Of a DNA stretch of 64,000 bases, positions 12,359-27,905 are shown in pieces; the first letter of the stretch is position 1, and every line of letters begins with the position of its first letter. The notes under the pieces are model-generated. The model made no database searches. It was not told where the DNA came from and saw nothing but the letters and a program-made list of their open reading frames with translations. This stretch comes from Amphiscolops sp. MND2022 (taxonomy: Eukaryota). The translations under genes were made by a program, and so were the position numbers. The stretch lies in NCBI GenBank assembly GCA_964187785.1, contig OZ076409.1, positions 74,464,001 through 74,528,000 of the forward strand. The letters are read 5' to 3'.

Positions 12359-15300
12359 GTGCCGGTGGTTTTTTACACAAAGGGGGATGTTGCGCGTGTG
12401 GGGAGGGTCCCTGACGCGCTCCCGGGATTTCGGATTTTTTAACCTTTACGTACCCATCAAAAATTTTGGGATCTCGAAAACTAGCCGTACGATTTGGCTG
12501 AAATTTGGCACACGTACCCCCCTCGGCACGGTGAAGATGATTTCCTACTGACGTTTTTCCCGCTAAACATTTTTTGTTGACCAAAATAACGGTTTTTGGG
12601 GTAAAATTTTCAACTTTTTTTAAATTTCATCTTATATCTCGCCACGGGTACACGCTAGCGCTTAAAAACCTTGCTGACGAAAGCTTGCAAACTGTCTCAG
12701 GAATGCTGTGTGAAATTTTCAGCTCAATCGGACTTAAACTCGAGGAGATATAGCGTTTTTCCGGAGCGGGGGGGTTTCATTTTTCTAACGGTCCAGCTTA
12801 TCTTTGCCATTTTTTCGAAAATGCACTCGCCTAAAGGCCTCCCCTGGCCGGTTTTATTCCCAGCAAAACCATTTGGCCCTAAATACGGAGTTTCAGCGTT
12901 CCAGCATTCCCGGGCGAAAAGTTGTGGGACTTAGAAAATTTCAAAAATTTTCAAAAAAAATTTTTTCCGTTATTTGGGCCCCCAAAGTGGGGGAAAAGAC
13001 CCCCCAACCAGTAAAGCAAGTGAATGCATGTGGAAAGCCCTTAGTTAGATGAGAAAAATGGCGTTTAGTTTGTCGTTTTATCTTGACTTGACGTTGACTT
13101 ATGTTGTTTTGAAGGTGATGTTTGGGTGTGTGAAGCACGTGAATAGTAAACGTTATGAGTGTTTATCTGATCTGAAAGCCATTGAGATGCAATATGGTTT
13201 GATCAAAACGTAATTCATTGCAGTTTGGCAATCAATCAACACCCTTTGTTGTCGTTTGACATACTTTTTTGTTGTTATAATAAAAAATTTTGTGTTTTTA
13301 TTAATTTTTTTCTCATCAAATAACTTGAAACAGTTGAGTACATTCCATCCCCCCTTCCGGGGGAGATGAGAATGTACTCGCAAAAAGCACCGAACTACGG
13401 CCCTTACCTTCCCGAGCTACGCAGTATAAGGATTACATATTGGTTCCGACATTTTCATAGAGTTATATCTTGGTAATCTGTCTGGATATGCCGAAAAATC
13501 AGCACGTGCCTTTTAATACCAAGTTGCTCACAACGACAATTATTTTATATCAACGCCCCCATATTTATCAACGCCCCCCGTCCGTGGGCATGCCGAGGCA
13601 TGCCCTTCGACGAGCCGCACCAAAATATGCGTTAGCGCGGTAGCCGCTAGGTGCCGGGATTTCTATTCGTTCGAGTATGTGGCGCGTGTGGGTAGGGCCC
13701 CTGGCGCGCTCTTGTGTTTGGGGGTTTCCTACTTCTAAATCACGTTCAGATTTCCGGGATCTCGTAAACTATCCATACGATTTGGCTGAAATTTGGCACA
13801 CGTACCCCCCTCGGCACGGTGAAGATGATTTCCTACTGACGTTTTTCCCGCTAAACATTTTTTGTTGACCAAAATAACGGTTTTTGGTGGAAAATTTTTG
13901 ATTTTTTTTAAATTTTATCTTATATCTCGCCACGGGTCCACGCTAGCGCTTCCAAACCTTGCTGACGAAACCTCGCAAACTGTCTCAGGAATGCTGTGTG
14001 AAATTTTCAGCTCAATCGTACTTAAACTCGGGGAGATATAGCGTTTTTCCGGAGCGGGGGGGTTTCATTTTTCTAACGGTCCAGCTTATCTTTGCCATTT
14101 TTTCGAAAATGCACTCGCCTAAAGGCCTCCCCTGGCCGGTTTTACTCCCAAAAAAACCATTTGGCCCTAAATACGGAGTTTCAGCGTTCTAGCATTCCGG
14201 GGCGAAAAGTTGTGGTACTTAGTAAATTTCAAAAATTTTCAAAAATTTTTTTTTCGTTATTTGGGCCCCCAAAGTGGGGGAAAAGACCCCCCAACCAGTA
14301 ATTTGAGTGAATTCATGTGGAAAGGCCATGTTTAGCGGCGAAAAATGCTTTTTAGATCGTCTTTTTATTTTAACCTGTTGTTGACTTATGTTGTTTTGAA
14401 GGTGATGTTTGGATGTGTGAAGCATGTGAAAAGGTAATTTTTTGTGTCTTTATCTCTTCTAAAAGCCATTGAGATGCAATCTGTTTTGCTCAAAACGTAA
14501 TTCAATGCAATTTGGCAGTCAATGAACACAATTTGGTGTCTTTTGTTATATTTTTCTGTTGATATAATAAAAAATTTTGTGTCTTTATTAATTTTTTTTA
14601 AATAAAATAACTTGAAACAGTTGAGTACATTCCATCCCCCCCTTCCGGGGGAGATGGAAATGTACTCGCTAAAAGCCGCGAACAAGAGCCCATACCTTCC
14701 TGCGCTACGCAGTATAAAGATTGCATGTTGGTTCCGACTTTTTGGTAGTGTTATATCTTGGTAATTTGACTGAATATGGAGAAAAATCAGCAAGTGCTCT
14801 TTTATAGCAAATTGCTGACAACGACAATTTTTTTATATCAACGCCCCCATATTTATCAACGCCCCCCGTCCGTGGGCATGCCGAGGCATGCCCTTCGACG
14901 ACGTATACCAAGATATACTCCCGAGCGCGGTAGCCGCTAGGTGCCGGGATTTCCATTCGATAAGGAATTCTGCGCGTGTGGGTAGGGCCCCTGGCGCGCT
15001 CCTGTGTTTTGGGTTTTCCTACTCTAAATTCACACATCAGTTATCTCGGATCTCGAAAACTAGCCACACGATTTGGCTGAAATTTGGCACACAGCTCCGT
15101 TGGAACATTGTAAGAACAAATCCCTACTGACGTTTTGCCCGCTAAACATTTTTTGTTGGTCCAAAATGCGATTTTCCGACAAAATTTTGGACTTTTTTTT
15201 CTTTTTCAACTCATATCTCGCCACAGGGTCACGCTAGCGCTTTGCAACCTATGATCCTTTTTGTAGGGCATTGCATGTAGAACACGTATGCCAAATTTGG

Positions 15301-18300
15301 TGGCGATCGGACTTGAACTCAGGGAGATATAACGATTTTTTAGGTGCATTTTTTGACATTTTTTGCAATTGCTGATTTATCTTTGCCGTTTTTTGCCCAG
15401 ATTTTTTTTGAGACACTCTCCTAAAGACCTCCCCTGGCCGGTTTACATCCCAGCAAAACCATTTGGCCCTAAATACGAAGTTTCAGCGTTCTAGCATTCC
15501 CGGGCGAAAAGTTGTGGGACTTAGAATAATTTTTTGGAAACGCAAAATGTGTAAAGTCAACTTCAGGCCTCCCAAAGTCAAGGAACTTCCACACAACTAG
15601 TATTGCAAGTGGATGCATGTGGAAAGTACTGGGATAGACGAGAAAAATGAGCTATAGAACGACTCTGTAGCTTAACTTGACGTTGACTTATGATGTTTTG
15701 AGTGTGTGCTTGCTAAGGGGTCCGAAATTGAAAATTTGTAGAGAAAACTAATATCGTCAAAAATTCATCGGAATGCCTGCAATATACAGTAGAGCGTGTT
15801 CAATTGTAGCTGACTAATGCATCAACGCCGTTCAAGGTCTTTTAACTCAGTTTCAAAATTTTTTACACTGTATTATCCATCCGAGAGATCGAAACAGTTG
15901 AGTACATTCCATCTCCCTCCCGGGGGAGATGAGAATGTACTCGCTAAAATCCAGATACCATAGCCCATATTTGTTTCTCTGCAACGCCATCTATGCTACT
16001 GCACATAACTACTAATCTCAAGACTGAATTTTGCCTTCACTTTGACTTGACATATGCTGAAGATTTGATCCTTACAAACATCATCAATACCTGAACAAAA
16101 CAATCCTAACATCAACGCCCCACACTCATATCAACGCCCACCGTCCGTGGGCATGCCGAGGCATGCCCTTCGACGACGTATGCCAAACACAAACGCGGTA
16201 GCCGCTAGGTGCCGGGATTTCTATTCGATAAAGTATGTGGCGCGCCTTGGGTAGGGTCCCTTGCGCGCTTTTGGGTATGGTGTTCACCAGCTAGGAAATA
16301 GGGGTCGATTTTTCGGGATCTCCTAAACTAGCCACACGATTTGGCTGAAATTTGGCACACGTACTCCCCTCGGCACGGTGAAGATGATTTCCTACTGACG
16401 TTTTTCCCGCAAAATTTTTTTTGTTGTCCAAAATAACGGTTTTTGGTGGAAAATTTTGAATTTTTTTTAAATTTTATCTTATATCTCGCCACCGGTTTAC
16501 GCTAGCGCTTCAAAACCCTGCTAAAGAAAGCTTGCAAACTGTCTCAGGAATGCGGTGTGAAATTTTCAGCACAATCGGACTTAAACTCAAGGAGATATAG
16601 CGTTTTTCCGGAGCGGGGGGGTTTCATTTTTCTAACGGTCCAGCTTATCTTAGCCATTTTTTCGAAAATGTACTCGCCTAAAGACCTCTCCTGGCCGGTT
16701 TTATTCCCAGCAAAACCATTTGGCCCTAAATACGGAGTTTCAGCGTTCCAGCATTCCCAGGCGAAAAGTTGTGGGACTTAGAAAAGTTCAAAAATTTTCA
16801 AAAATTTTTTTTCGGTTTTCCGCCCTCCCCCCCGAGGGGTAAAGACCCCCCAACCAGTAATTTGAGTGAATTCATGTGGAAAGGCCATGTTTAGAGGAGA
16901 AAAATCCCGTTTAAATCGTCTTTTTATCTTTATTCAACGTTGACTTATGACGTTTTGAAGGTGATGTTTGGAAGGTGTGAAGCACGTGAAAAGTAAACGT
17001 TATGAGTATTTATCTGATCTGAAAGCCATTGAGATGCAATCTGTTTTGCTCAAAACGTAATTCATATCCGTTTGGTAGTCAATCAACACCCTTTGTTGTC
17101 ATTTGACATCTTTTTTTGTTGAAATAAGAAAAAATTTTGTGTATTTATTCATTTTTTTCTCATCAAATAACTTGAAACAGTTGAGTACATTCCATCCCCC
17201 CTTCACGGGGGAGATGAGAATGTACTCGCAAAAAGCCCCAAACTACGGCCCTTACCTTCCTGAGCTACGCAGTATAAAGATTGCATATTGGTTCCGACAT
17301 TTTAATAGAGTTATATCTTGGTAATCTGTCTGGGTATGCAGAAAAACCAGCACGTGCTTTTTTATACCAAGTTGCTCACAACGACATTTATTTTATATCA
17401 ACGCCCCCATATTTATCAACGCCCCCCGTCCGTGGGCATGCCGAGGCATGCCCTTCGACGACGTATACCAAGATATGTTCGAGCGCGTTAGCCTAGGTGC
17501 CGGGATTTCTATTCGATAAAGTATGTGGCGCGCCTTGGGTAGGGTCCCTTGCGCGCTTTTGGGTATGGTGTTCACCAGCTAGGAAACAGGGGTCGATTTT
17601 TCGGGATCTCCTAAACTAGCCACACGATTTGGCTGAAATTTGGCACACGTACTCCCCTCGGCATGGTGAAGATGATTCCCTACTAGCGTTTTGCTCGCAA
17701 AATTTTTTTTGTTGTCCAAAATAACGGTTTTTGGGGGAAAATTTTTAATTTTTTTTAAATTTTATCTTATATCTCGCCACCGGTTTACGCTAGCGCTTCA
17801 AAACCCTGCTAAAGAAAGCTTGCAAACTGTCTCAGGAATACGGTGTGAAATTTTCAGCTCAATCGAACTTAAACTCGGGGAGATATAGCGTTTTTCCGGA
17901 GCGGGGGGGTTTCATTTTTCTAACGGTCCAGCTTATCTTTGCCATTTTTTCGAAAATGCACTCGCCTAAAGGCCTCCCCTGGCCGGTTTTATTCCCAGCA
18001 AAACCATTTGGCCCTAAATACGGAGTTTCAGCGTTCCAGCATTCCCGGGCGAAAAGTTGTGGGACTTAGAAAAGTTCAAAAATTTTCAAAAAATTTTTTT
18101 TCCGTTTTCCGCCCTCCCCCCCGAGGGGAAAAGACCCCCCAACCAGTAATTTGAGTGAATTCATGTGGAAAGGCCATATTTAGAGGAGAAAAATGCCGTT
18201 TAGAACGTCTTTTTATCTTGGCTCAACGTTGACTTATGACGTTTTGAAGGTGATGTTTGGAGGTGTGAAGCACGTGAAAAGTAAACGTTATGAGTATTTA

Positions 18301-18784
18301 TCTGATCTGAAAGCCATTGAGATGCAACCTGTTTTGCTCAAAACGTAATTCATAACAGTTTGGTAGTCAATCAACACCCTTTGTTGTCATTTGACATCTT
18401 TTTTTGTTGATATAAGAAAAAATTTCGTGTATTTATTCATTTTTTTCTCATCAAATAACTTGAAACAGTTGAGTACATTCCATCCCCCCTTCACGGGGGA
18501 GATGAGAATGTACTCGCAAAAAGCCCCGAACTACGGCCCTTACCTTCCTGAGCTACGCAGTATAAAGATTGCATATTGGTTCCGACATTTTGATAGAGTT
18601 ATATCTTGGTAATCTGTCTGGGTATGCAGAAAAACCAGCACGTGCTTTTTTTACCAAGTTGCTCACAACGACATTTATTTTATATCAACGCCCCCATATT
18701 TATCAACGCCCCCCGTCCGTGGGCATGCCGAGGCATGCCCTTCGACGACGTATACCAAGATATACATCGAGCGCGTTAGCCTAG

Positions 18785-20799
18785 GTGGTCGGGGTTTTCT
18801 CCCCACCTTTATTTGCGAGCGCGGGAGACGGGTCCTGTCGCGAGCCTTAGATACCAAAAATAGCCTATCCGCGACCGGGTCAAAAAAATGCGATCTCGAA
18901 AACTAGCCATACGATTCGGCTGAAATTTGGCACACGGCTTCCTATAACAATTCTAAGAAACATTTCCTACTGACGTTTTCCCGGCAAAAATCGAAAAGTG
19001 GGTCAAAATAACGGTTTTTGGGGTAAAAAATAGCGTTTTTTTGAAAATGTTGCATTTCAGAGCCAATTACTCGGGACTGGTTGGTCCAGCGCAGTAACGC
19101 CTTGCTGATTTATTGTTGGGCACGTCAAGAGGCGTACTTACACAAATTTTGGTCCATATCGGACTGAAACTTGGGGAGATATTAACGGTAGTTTGGGGGT
19201 TTCAAACCGCTATTTTACCGGAAATTGCACTTTTTGACCGGGAAGGAGTTGTCTGAGTGCGGGGTCGTCTGGTAATGTTTTGTAGAGCATCTGGGGACGT
19301 AGTGGGGGACATGTAATTTAATGACCCCGGTTAACCCCTCGGACGGGAAATGACCGTTATGTGGGTTTTAAATGTGGCCCCCGCCAATTTTCCCCGTTAT
19401 TTCCGGTGTGAAGGAGTGGTAGTAGCGCGTCGGGTGAATTATATCAAAAGTACGTTTAGACAAGGACCTATTGGAAACATGTGGTTTGGGACCCTTTGAA
19501 CGGACCCGTTAGCCGCTAATGGGGTGACTGTCTCCTTTTTTTGGGGGTAAAACCGTAAAACGGGCATTGAAGTGAAATTAACTCGTGAACGCGTGGAGCT
19601 ATCGTGTCCTTCACTACTACAAGGTTTCATACCCATGATATGGTGCCTTCAGGGGGGCGAACAGATTTCCGCTATCTATCACCGTTACGGACTTGGCCCC
19701 CCAGCCTAACCGCTATGTGACCGGAAATGTCACTTTTTGAGCCCAAAGTGTCGGTCCCAGCGTGGCAACGTTAGGTAACATATTGTAGTACTCATTGAGA
19801 CGAGTTGGGGGATTTAGTTTCAGTCACACCCTGTTGGCCCGTTAGGTCGGAAATGACCGTTATGTAGTGAAAAATGGGATTTTTATAGTTTTTGAAGGCC
19901 ATTTCGGGCAGGAAGGAGGGGTAATATGACTTTGGACACCATATGATGGAAGACGTGAAGTGTGACGAGCATTCCGGATTAACCGTTATGATGACCCGGA
20001 AGTCCCCCTGGCCCCGGAAATGACCAAAAAAATGTAACATTTTGTGTTTTTTGATTAAAAATGTTTGTTATTTAACCGAATAAAGTACATGTTAGGTGTT
20101 TCAATTTCTTCCAGAGGTGAATATAGTCCAATTACATGGTGGGGGGTAACGGTATATTGCCCCGGAAGTCCAACCCGTTGGGTCTGAGTATGTTTTTCGG
20201 GTTTTAAAATGTCTCAAAACGTACTTTTGTGTAATAAATCTCTATTGTAGGCTAATAAGGACCATTTTTGAAGAGTTTAAATTTTTTCATAGTAGTTTGT
20301 GGAACACCAAAACCTCAAAAAACATAACCGTTATAATATGATAGCCTTTCAAGTTGGCCTTGTGTCAACTTCGAAAGGCTATCCTTCAAGACTCATGCAA
20401 CAAAGAAGTTTTTGGGTACATTTGTAATGCTTTAGTGTCAATTAGAGTATCAACAAGAGTATACCAAGCACTAAAACTATGTCTAGTTTTCGTTATTAGG
20501 ATATTAGTTTCCTGAATATTTGTCGGAAATGCTTTTTTTAATCTCTTTTAATGTGGTCTAAACACTCTGAAAACACTTTATCGAACCAATTTTCTTGGAT
20601 GAACCATAGTAACAATACTAAAAATCGTAGACAACCTTGCTTCGTTTAAATATTTGAAGCTGAAACCGCACCTTACCGTTGCTCAAACTTCAACCGACGC
20701 CCCATAGCATACATCAACGCACATCGTCTGTGGGCATGCCGAGGCATGCCCTTCGACGACGTATGCCAAATACCTTTAACCCGACGCCCGCAGTCCTGG
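18785..20799 (+). mobile_element. Long unit family L1 copy 2
   Basis: Near-identical to 1642-3683; hairpin at 20340-20383; ends CTGG|GTG; different flanking units. Confidence 0.85.
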
Positions 20800-23700
20800 G
20801 TGCCGGGATTTCCATTCGATAAGGAATTCTGCGCGTGTGGGTAGGGCCCCTGGCGCGCTCCTGTGTTTTCGGTTTTCCTACTCCAAATTCACACCCCAGT
20901 TATCTCCGATCTCGTAAACTATCCATACGATTTGGCTGAAATTTGGCACACGTACCCCCCTCGGCACGGTGAAGATGATTTCCTACTGACGTTTTTCCCG
21001 CTAAACATTTTTTGTTGACCAAAATAACGGTTTTTGGGGTAAAATTTTCAACTTTTTTTTAAATTTTATCTTATATCTCGCCACGGGTACACGCTAGCGC
21101 TTCCAAACCTTGCTGACGAAAGTTTGCAAACTGTCTCAGGAATGCTGTGTGAAATTTTCAGCTCAATCGGACTTAAACTCGAGGAGATATAGCGTTTTTC
21201 CGGAGCGGGGGGGTTTCATTTTTCTAACGGTCCAGCTTATCTTTGCCATTTTTTCGAAAATGCACTCGCCTAAAGGCCTCCCCTGGCCGGTTTTATTCCC
21301 AGCAAAACCATTTGGCCCTAAATACGGAGTTTCAGCGTTCCAGCATTCCCGGGCGAAAAGTTGTGGGACTTAGAAAATTTCAAAAATTTTCAAAAATTTT
21401 TTTTTTCCGTTATTTGGGCCCCCAAAGTGGGGGAAAAGACCCCCCAACCAGTAAAGCAAGTGAATGCATGTGCAAAGCCCTTGTTTAGAGGAGAAAAATG
21501 CCGTTTAGAACGTCTTTTTATCTTGGCTCAACGTTGACTTATGACGTTTTGAAGGTGATGTTTGGAGGTGTAAATCACGTGAATAGTAAACGTTATGAGT
21601 ATTTATCTGATCTGAAAGCCATTGAGATGCAATATGGTTTGCTCAAAACGTAATTCATGGCAGTTTGGCAATCAATCAACACCCTTTGTTGTCGTTTGAC
21701 ATACTTTTTTGTTGTTATAATAAAAATTTTGTGTATTTGTTCATTTTTTTCTCATCAAATAACTTGAAACAGTTGAGTACATTCCATCCCCCCTTCCGGG
21801 GGAGATGAGAATGTACTCGCAAAAAGCAGCGAATTACGGCCCTTACCTTCCCGAGCTACGCAGTATAAGGATTACATATTGGTTCCGACATTTTCATAGA
21901 GTTAAATCTTGGTAATCTGTCTGGATATGCAGAAAAATCAGCACGTGCCTTTTAATACCAAGTTGCTCACAACGACAATTATTTTATATCAACGCCCCCA
22001 TATTTATCAACGCCCCCCGTCCGTGGGCATGCCGAGGCATGCCCTTCGACGACGTATACCAAGATATACATCGAGCGCGTTAGCCTAGGTGCCGGGATTT
22101 CTATTCGATAAAGTATGTGGCGCGCCTTGGGTAGGGTCCCTTGCGCGCTCTTGGGTATGGTGTTCACCAGCTAGGAAATAGGGGTCGATTTTTCGGGATC
22201 TCCTAAACTAGCCACACGATTTGGCTGAAATTTGGCACACGTACCCCCCTCGGCACGGTGAAGATGATTTCCTACTGACGTTTTTCCCGCAAAATTTTTT
22301 TTGTTGTCCAAAATAACGGTTTTTGGGGTAAAATTTTGAATTTTTTTTAAATTTTATCTTATATCTCGCCACGGGTTTACGCTAGCGCTTCAAAACCCTG
22401 CTAAAGAAAGCTTGCAAACTGTCTCAGGAATGCGGTGTGAAATTTTCAGCTCAATCGGACTCAAACTTGGGGAGATATAGCGTTTTTCCGGAGCGGGGGG
22501 GTTTCATTTTTCTAACGGTCCACCTTATCTTTGCCATTTTTTCGAAAATGCACTCGCCTAAAGGCCTCCCCTGGCCGGTTTTATTCCCAGCAAAACCATT
22601 TGGCCCTAAATACGGAGTTTCAGCGTTCCAGCATTCCCGGGCGAAAAGTTGTGGGACTTAGAAAAGTTCAAAAATTTTCAAAATTTTTTTTTCTGTTTTT
22701 TGGGCCCCCAAAGTGGGGGAAAAGACCCCCCAACCAGTAAGGCAAGTGAATGCATGTGCAAAGCCCTTGTTTAGAGGAGAAAAATGCCGTTTAGAACGTC
22801 TTTTTATCTTGGCTCAACGTTGACTTATGACGTTTTGAAGGTGATGTTTGGAGGTGTAAAGCACGTGAATAGTAAACGTTATGAGTATTTATCTGATCTG
22901 AAAGCCATTGAGATGCAATATGGTTTGCTCAAAACGTAATTCATGGCAGTTTGGCAATCAATCAACACCCTTTGTTGTCGTTTGACATCTTTTTTTGTTG
23001 ATATAAGAAAAAATTTTGTGTATTTATTCATTTTTTTCTCATCAAATAACTTGAAACAGTTGAGTACATTCCATCCCCCCCTTCCGGGGGAGATGAGAAT
23101 GTACTCGCAAAAAGCACCGAACTACGGCCCTTACCTTCCCGAGCTACGCAGTATAAAGATTGCATATTGGTTCCGACATTTTCATAGAGTTAAATCTTGG
23201 TAATCTGTCTGGGTATGCAGAAAAACCAGCACGTGCTTTTTTATACCAAGTTGCTCACAACATTTATTTTATATCAACGCCCCCATATTTATCAACGCCC
23301 CCCGTCCGTGGGCATGCCGAGGCATGCCCTTCGACGACGTATACCAAGATATGTTCGAGCGCGTTAGCCTAGGTGCCGGTGTCTTTTTACACAATGGGGG
23401 AAGTTGCGCGGTTGGGGAGGGTCCCTGACGCGCTTCCGTGAGATCAGGTTTTTCAACTAGTGAAATCGACAAAGAAAATTGAGATCTCGTAAACTAGCCA
23501 TACGATTTGGCTGAAATTTGGCACACGTACCCCCCTCGGCACGGTGAAGATGATTCCCTACTGACGTTTTTCCCGCTAAACATTTTTTGTTGACCAAAAT
23601 AACGGTTTTTGGGGTAAAATTTTCAATTTTTTTTAAATTTCATCTTATATCTCGCCACGGGTTTACGCTACCGCTTCCAAACCTTGCTGACGAAAGTTTG

Positions 23701-24646
23701 CAAACTGTCTCAGGAATGCTGTGTGAAATTTTCAGCTCAATCGGACTTAAACTCAGGGAGATATAGCGTTTTTCCTGAGCGGGGGGGTTTCATTTTTCTA
23801 ACGGTCCAGCTTATCTTTGCCATTTTTTCGAAAATGCACTCGCCTAAAGGCCTCCCCTGGCCGGTTTTATTCCCAGCAAAACCATTTGGCCCTAAATACG
23901 GAGTTTCAGCGTTCCAGCATTCCCGGGCGAAAAGTTGTGGGACTTAGAATTTTTCAAAAATTTTCAAAAAAAAATTTTTCCGTTATTTGGGCCCTCAAAG
24001 TGGGGGAAAAGACCCCCCAACCAGTAAAGCAAGTGAATGCATGTGGAAAGCCCTTGTTTAGACGAGAAAAATGCCGTTTAGAACGTCTTTTTATCTTAAC
24101 TTGACATTGACTTTTGTCGTTTTGAAGGTGACCGTTAGATACGGAAAATTGATGTTTTGAGTATTTATCCCATCTGAAAGCCCTTGAGATACAACATGTT
24201 TTGATCAAAACGTGTTTCAATGCAGTTTCGCTGTCCATTATCACCCTTTGGTGTCTTTTCACGTAATTTTCGTTTCTATAATAACAATTTTTTTGTGTAT
24301 TTATTCTTTTTTTCTCATCAAATAACTTGAAACAGTTGAGTACATTCCATCTCCCTTCCCGGGGGAGATGAGAATGTACTCGCTAAAGGTCAGGAACTAC
24401 GGTCTATATCTTCCACAACACAAAAGGGATTGCAAATGGTTTCAGTTTGTCGCAGAAAACTTCTTTTTGCCCTCTGTGACTCGACAAAATGAACGTTTCT
24501 TACTTACTTTGAAACTCAGCATACCACAACTCATCTCTAACGTCAGCGCCCCCCTACTTGCATCAACGCCCACCGTCCGTGGGCATGCCGAGGCATGCCC
24601 TTCGACGACGTATACCAAGATATACCTGGAGCGCGGTAGCCGCTAG

Positions 24647-26616
24647 GTGCGGGGGGGAAACCCCATCCCTTATCTTGGAGGATTCGGGTAGGGTCCTGAA
24701 TCCGATCTTAGTTCGCCCAGCTCTCAGTAGAAATCTGGGAAATTTTTTGCGATCTCGTGATCTAACCATAGGATTTTAAAGTTGGAGCGGCCCCCACCAG
24801 ATTTTCCAAAGTTATTCGCCCCCCACCGGGTTCCAGCGTGATTGAAATATTTTGACGGGGTACACGGGCGACCGTTAGGGGTCATTTTGGGGGTAAAATT
24901 TATATCCGGTCGCATAACTTTTTTCCTGTTGGATTAAAACTTTGGGACCCTACTAAAAGTTTCTTGACCGTGTTGCGGGGGCTCCGGAGGTCCAAACCAA
25001 ATTTTTCTATCTTGAAGCTATCTCCAAGTACCCCCCCGCCCAAAACGTTATTTTTCCGGAAACGCAGGTTTTTGACCCGGAAGGAGTCGTCGGAGCGCGG
25101 GGTCGTTAGGTGATGTATTGGGGACGGCCTTAAGACGAAGTGGGGGACATGCAGTTTGCCAACCCCAGTTTACCCCCCGGACGGGAAATGACCGTTATAT
25201 GAGCGGGAAAAATGCCCCCCTCCACGTTTTACCGCTATTTCCGGTGTGAAGGAGTGGGAGTAGCGCGTCGGGTGCCATATATCAAAAGTAGGTTTGAACA
25301 AGGAACTATCGGAAACATGTGGTTTGGGACCCCCTGGACCAACCCGTTAGCGGGAAATGGGGCTTCCGCCTCCTTTTTTTACTGCTAAAACAGTAAAATG
25401 GGCATTGAGGGGTAAATATCTCGTGAACGCGTGGAGCTACGGTGTCCATCACTACTACAAGGTTTCATACCCATGATATGGTGCCTTCAGGGGGGCAAAC
25501 AGATTTCCGCTATCTATCACCGTTACCGACTTGGCCCCCCAGCCTAACCGCTATGTGACCGGAAATGTCACTTTTTGAGCCCAAAGGGTCGGTCCCAGCC
25601 GGGGAACGTTAGGTAAATTATTGTAGTACTCAATGAGACGAGTTGGGGGATATAGTTTCAGTCACCCCCCGTTACCCCTTGGGATCGGAAATGACCGTTA
25701 TGTGGGTAAAATTGCAATTTTTATACTTTTTCAAGTGTATTTAGGTGCGGAAGGAGTGGTAATAGGTGCTTGGACACTATATGAGGTAAGGGAGGACGTG
25801 AGGCGAGCATTCGGAAATAACCGTTATGTTGACCCTAAAGTCCCCCTGGTACCGTAAACGACCGGAAATGGTCAAATTTTGTGTCTATTGGGTACAAATG
25901 TTTAGTATTTTGTAGATAAAAGTATCTATTAGGTGTTTCGACGGTCTGCAGTAGTGAACATAGTCATGAAACCTTGTGGGGGGTAACGGTATATAGCACC
26001 GGAAGTCCAAACCGTTGGTGACAGGATAGGTTTTTTGGTTTTAAAATGTCTTTCGGCGTACCTTTGTCGACTATTAAGGACTATTTTTAAAAATTAAAGA
26101 TTTTCCATATAGTTTCAGAGACCTCGAAACCTCAACCAACATAACCGTTACCTCATGATAGCCTTTCAAGTTGGCCTGGTGTCAACTTGGAAGGGCTATC
26201 CTTCAAAAATCGTCAATCAAGTGTGTTTTTGGGTATGTTTGTATCATTTTAGAATCAATTAGAGCTTCAAGAAAAGTTTCCCAACAACAAAAACTATGTC
26301 GTGAAGATTCCGTTACTAGAATTATAGTTAGCAAATTGTTGAGAAAATTTTTTTTTCCAAATTAAATGTGTCCTAAATGCCAGGAAACCTATTTTACTAA
26401 CAAATGGTATTGATTGGAATGTATGTAACAGATTTATAAAAGTTCAAATTGATTATTAGGTTTCATTATGGAAGCTGAAACGTAATATTTTAGTTTAATT
26501 AACGTCAACGTCACATACTTTTTATCAACGCCCACCGTCTGTGGGCATGCCGAGGCATGCCCTTCGACGACGTATACCAAATACATACCTAACGACGCCC
26601 GTACATCCCGGGCTAG
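24647..26616 (+). mobile_element. Long unit family L2 copy 1 (~1.97 kb)
   Basis: Starts GTGCGGGGGGG...CCCCATCCC; middle is homologous to L1; hairpin at 26157-26200; copies at 27906-29877 and 31156-33148. Confidence 0.85.
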
Positions 26617-27905
26617 GTGCCGGGATTTTCTATTCGACAAGTTTGCGCGCCTTGGGGAGGGTCCCTTTGCGCGCTTTAAGATCCAGGTGTTTCCAACTCC
26701 TAAACGGGCATGTGATTTCGACGATCTCCTAAACTAGCCATACGATTTGGCTGAAATTTGGCACACGTACCCCCCTCGGCACGGTGAAGATGATTCCCTA
26801 CTGACGTTTTTCCCGCTAAACATTTTTTGTTGACCAAAATAACGGTTTTTGGGGTAAATTTTTGAACTTTTTTTTAAATTTCATCTTATATCTCGCCACG
26901 GGTACACGCTAGCGCTTCAAAACCTTGCTGATGAAACCTTGCAAACTGTCTCAGGAATGCTGTGTGAAATTTTCAGCTCAATCGGACTCAAACTCGAGGA
27001 GATATAGCGTTTTTCCGGAGCGGGGGGGTTTCATTTTTCTAACGGTCCAGCTTATCTTTGCCATTTTTTCGAAAATGTACTCGTCTAAAGGCCTCCCCTG
27101 GCCGGTTTTATTCCAAGCAAAACCATTTGGCCCTAAATACGGAGTTTCAGCGTTCCAGCATTTCCGGGCGAAAAGTTGTGGGACTTAGAAAATTTCAAAA
27201 ATTTTCAAAAAAAATTTTTTTCGTTATTTGGGCCCCCAAAGTGGGGGAAAAGACCCCCCAACCAGTAGAGCAAGTGAATGCATGTGCAAAGCCCTTGTTT
27301 GGACGAGAAAAATGCCGTTTAGAACGTCTTTTTATCTTGGCTCAACGTTGACTTATGACGTTTTGAAGGTGATGTTTGGAGGTGTAAAGCAAGTGAATAG
27401 TAAACGTTATGAGTATTTCTCTGATCTGAAAGCCATTGAGATGCAATATGGTTTGCTCAAAACGTAATTCATTGCAGTTTGGCAATCAATCAACACCCTT
27501 TGTTGTCGTTTGACATACTTTTTTGTTGTTATAATAAAAAATTTTGTGTATTTATTCATTTTTTTCTCATCAAATAACTTGGAACAGTTGAGTACATTCC
27601 ATCCCCCCCTTCCGGGGGAGATGAGAATGTACTCGCAAAAAGCACCGAACTACGGCCCTTACCTTCTCGAGCTACGCAGTATAAGGATTACATATTGGTT
27701 CCGACATTTTCATAGAGTTATATCTTGGTAATCTGTCTGGATATGCCGAAAAATCAGCACGTGCCTTTTAATACCAAGTTGCTCACAACGACAATTATTT
27801 TATATCAACGCCCCCATATTTATCAACGCCCCCCGTCCGTGGGCATGCCGAGGCATGCCCTTCGACGACCCGCACCAAAATATGCGTTAGCGCGGTAGCC
27901 GCTAG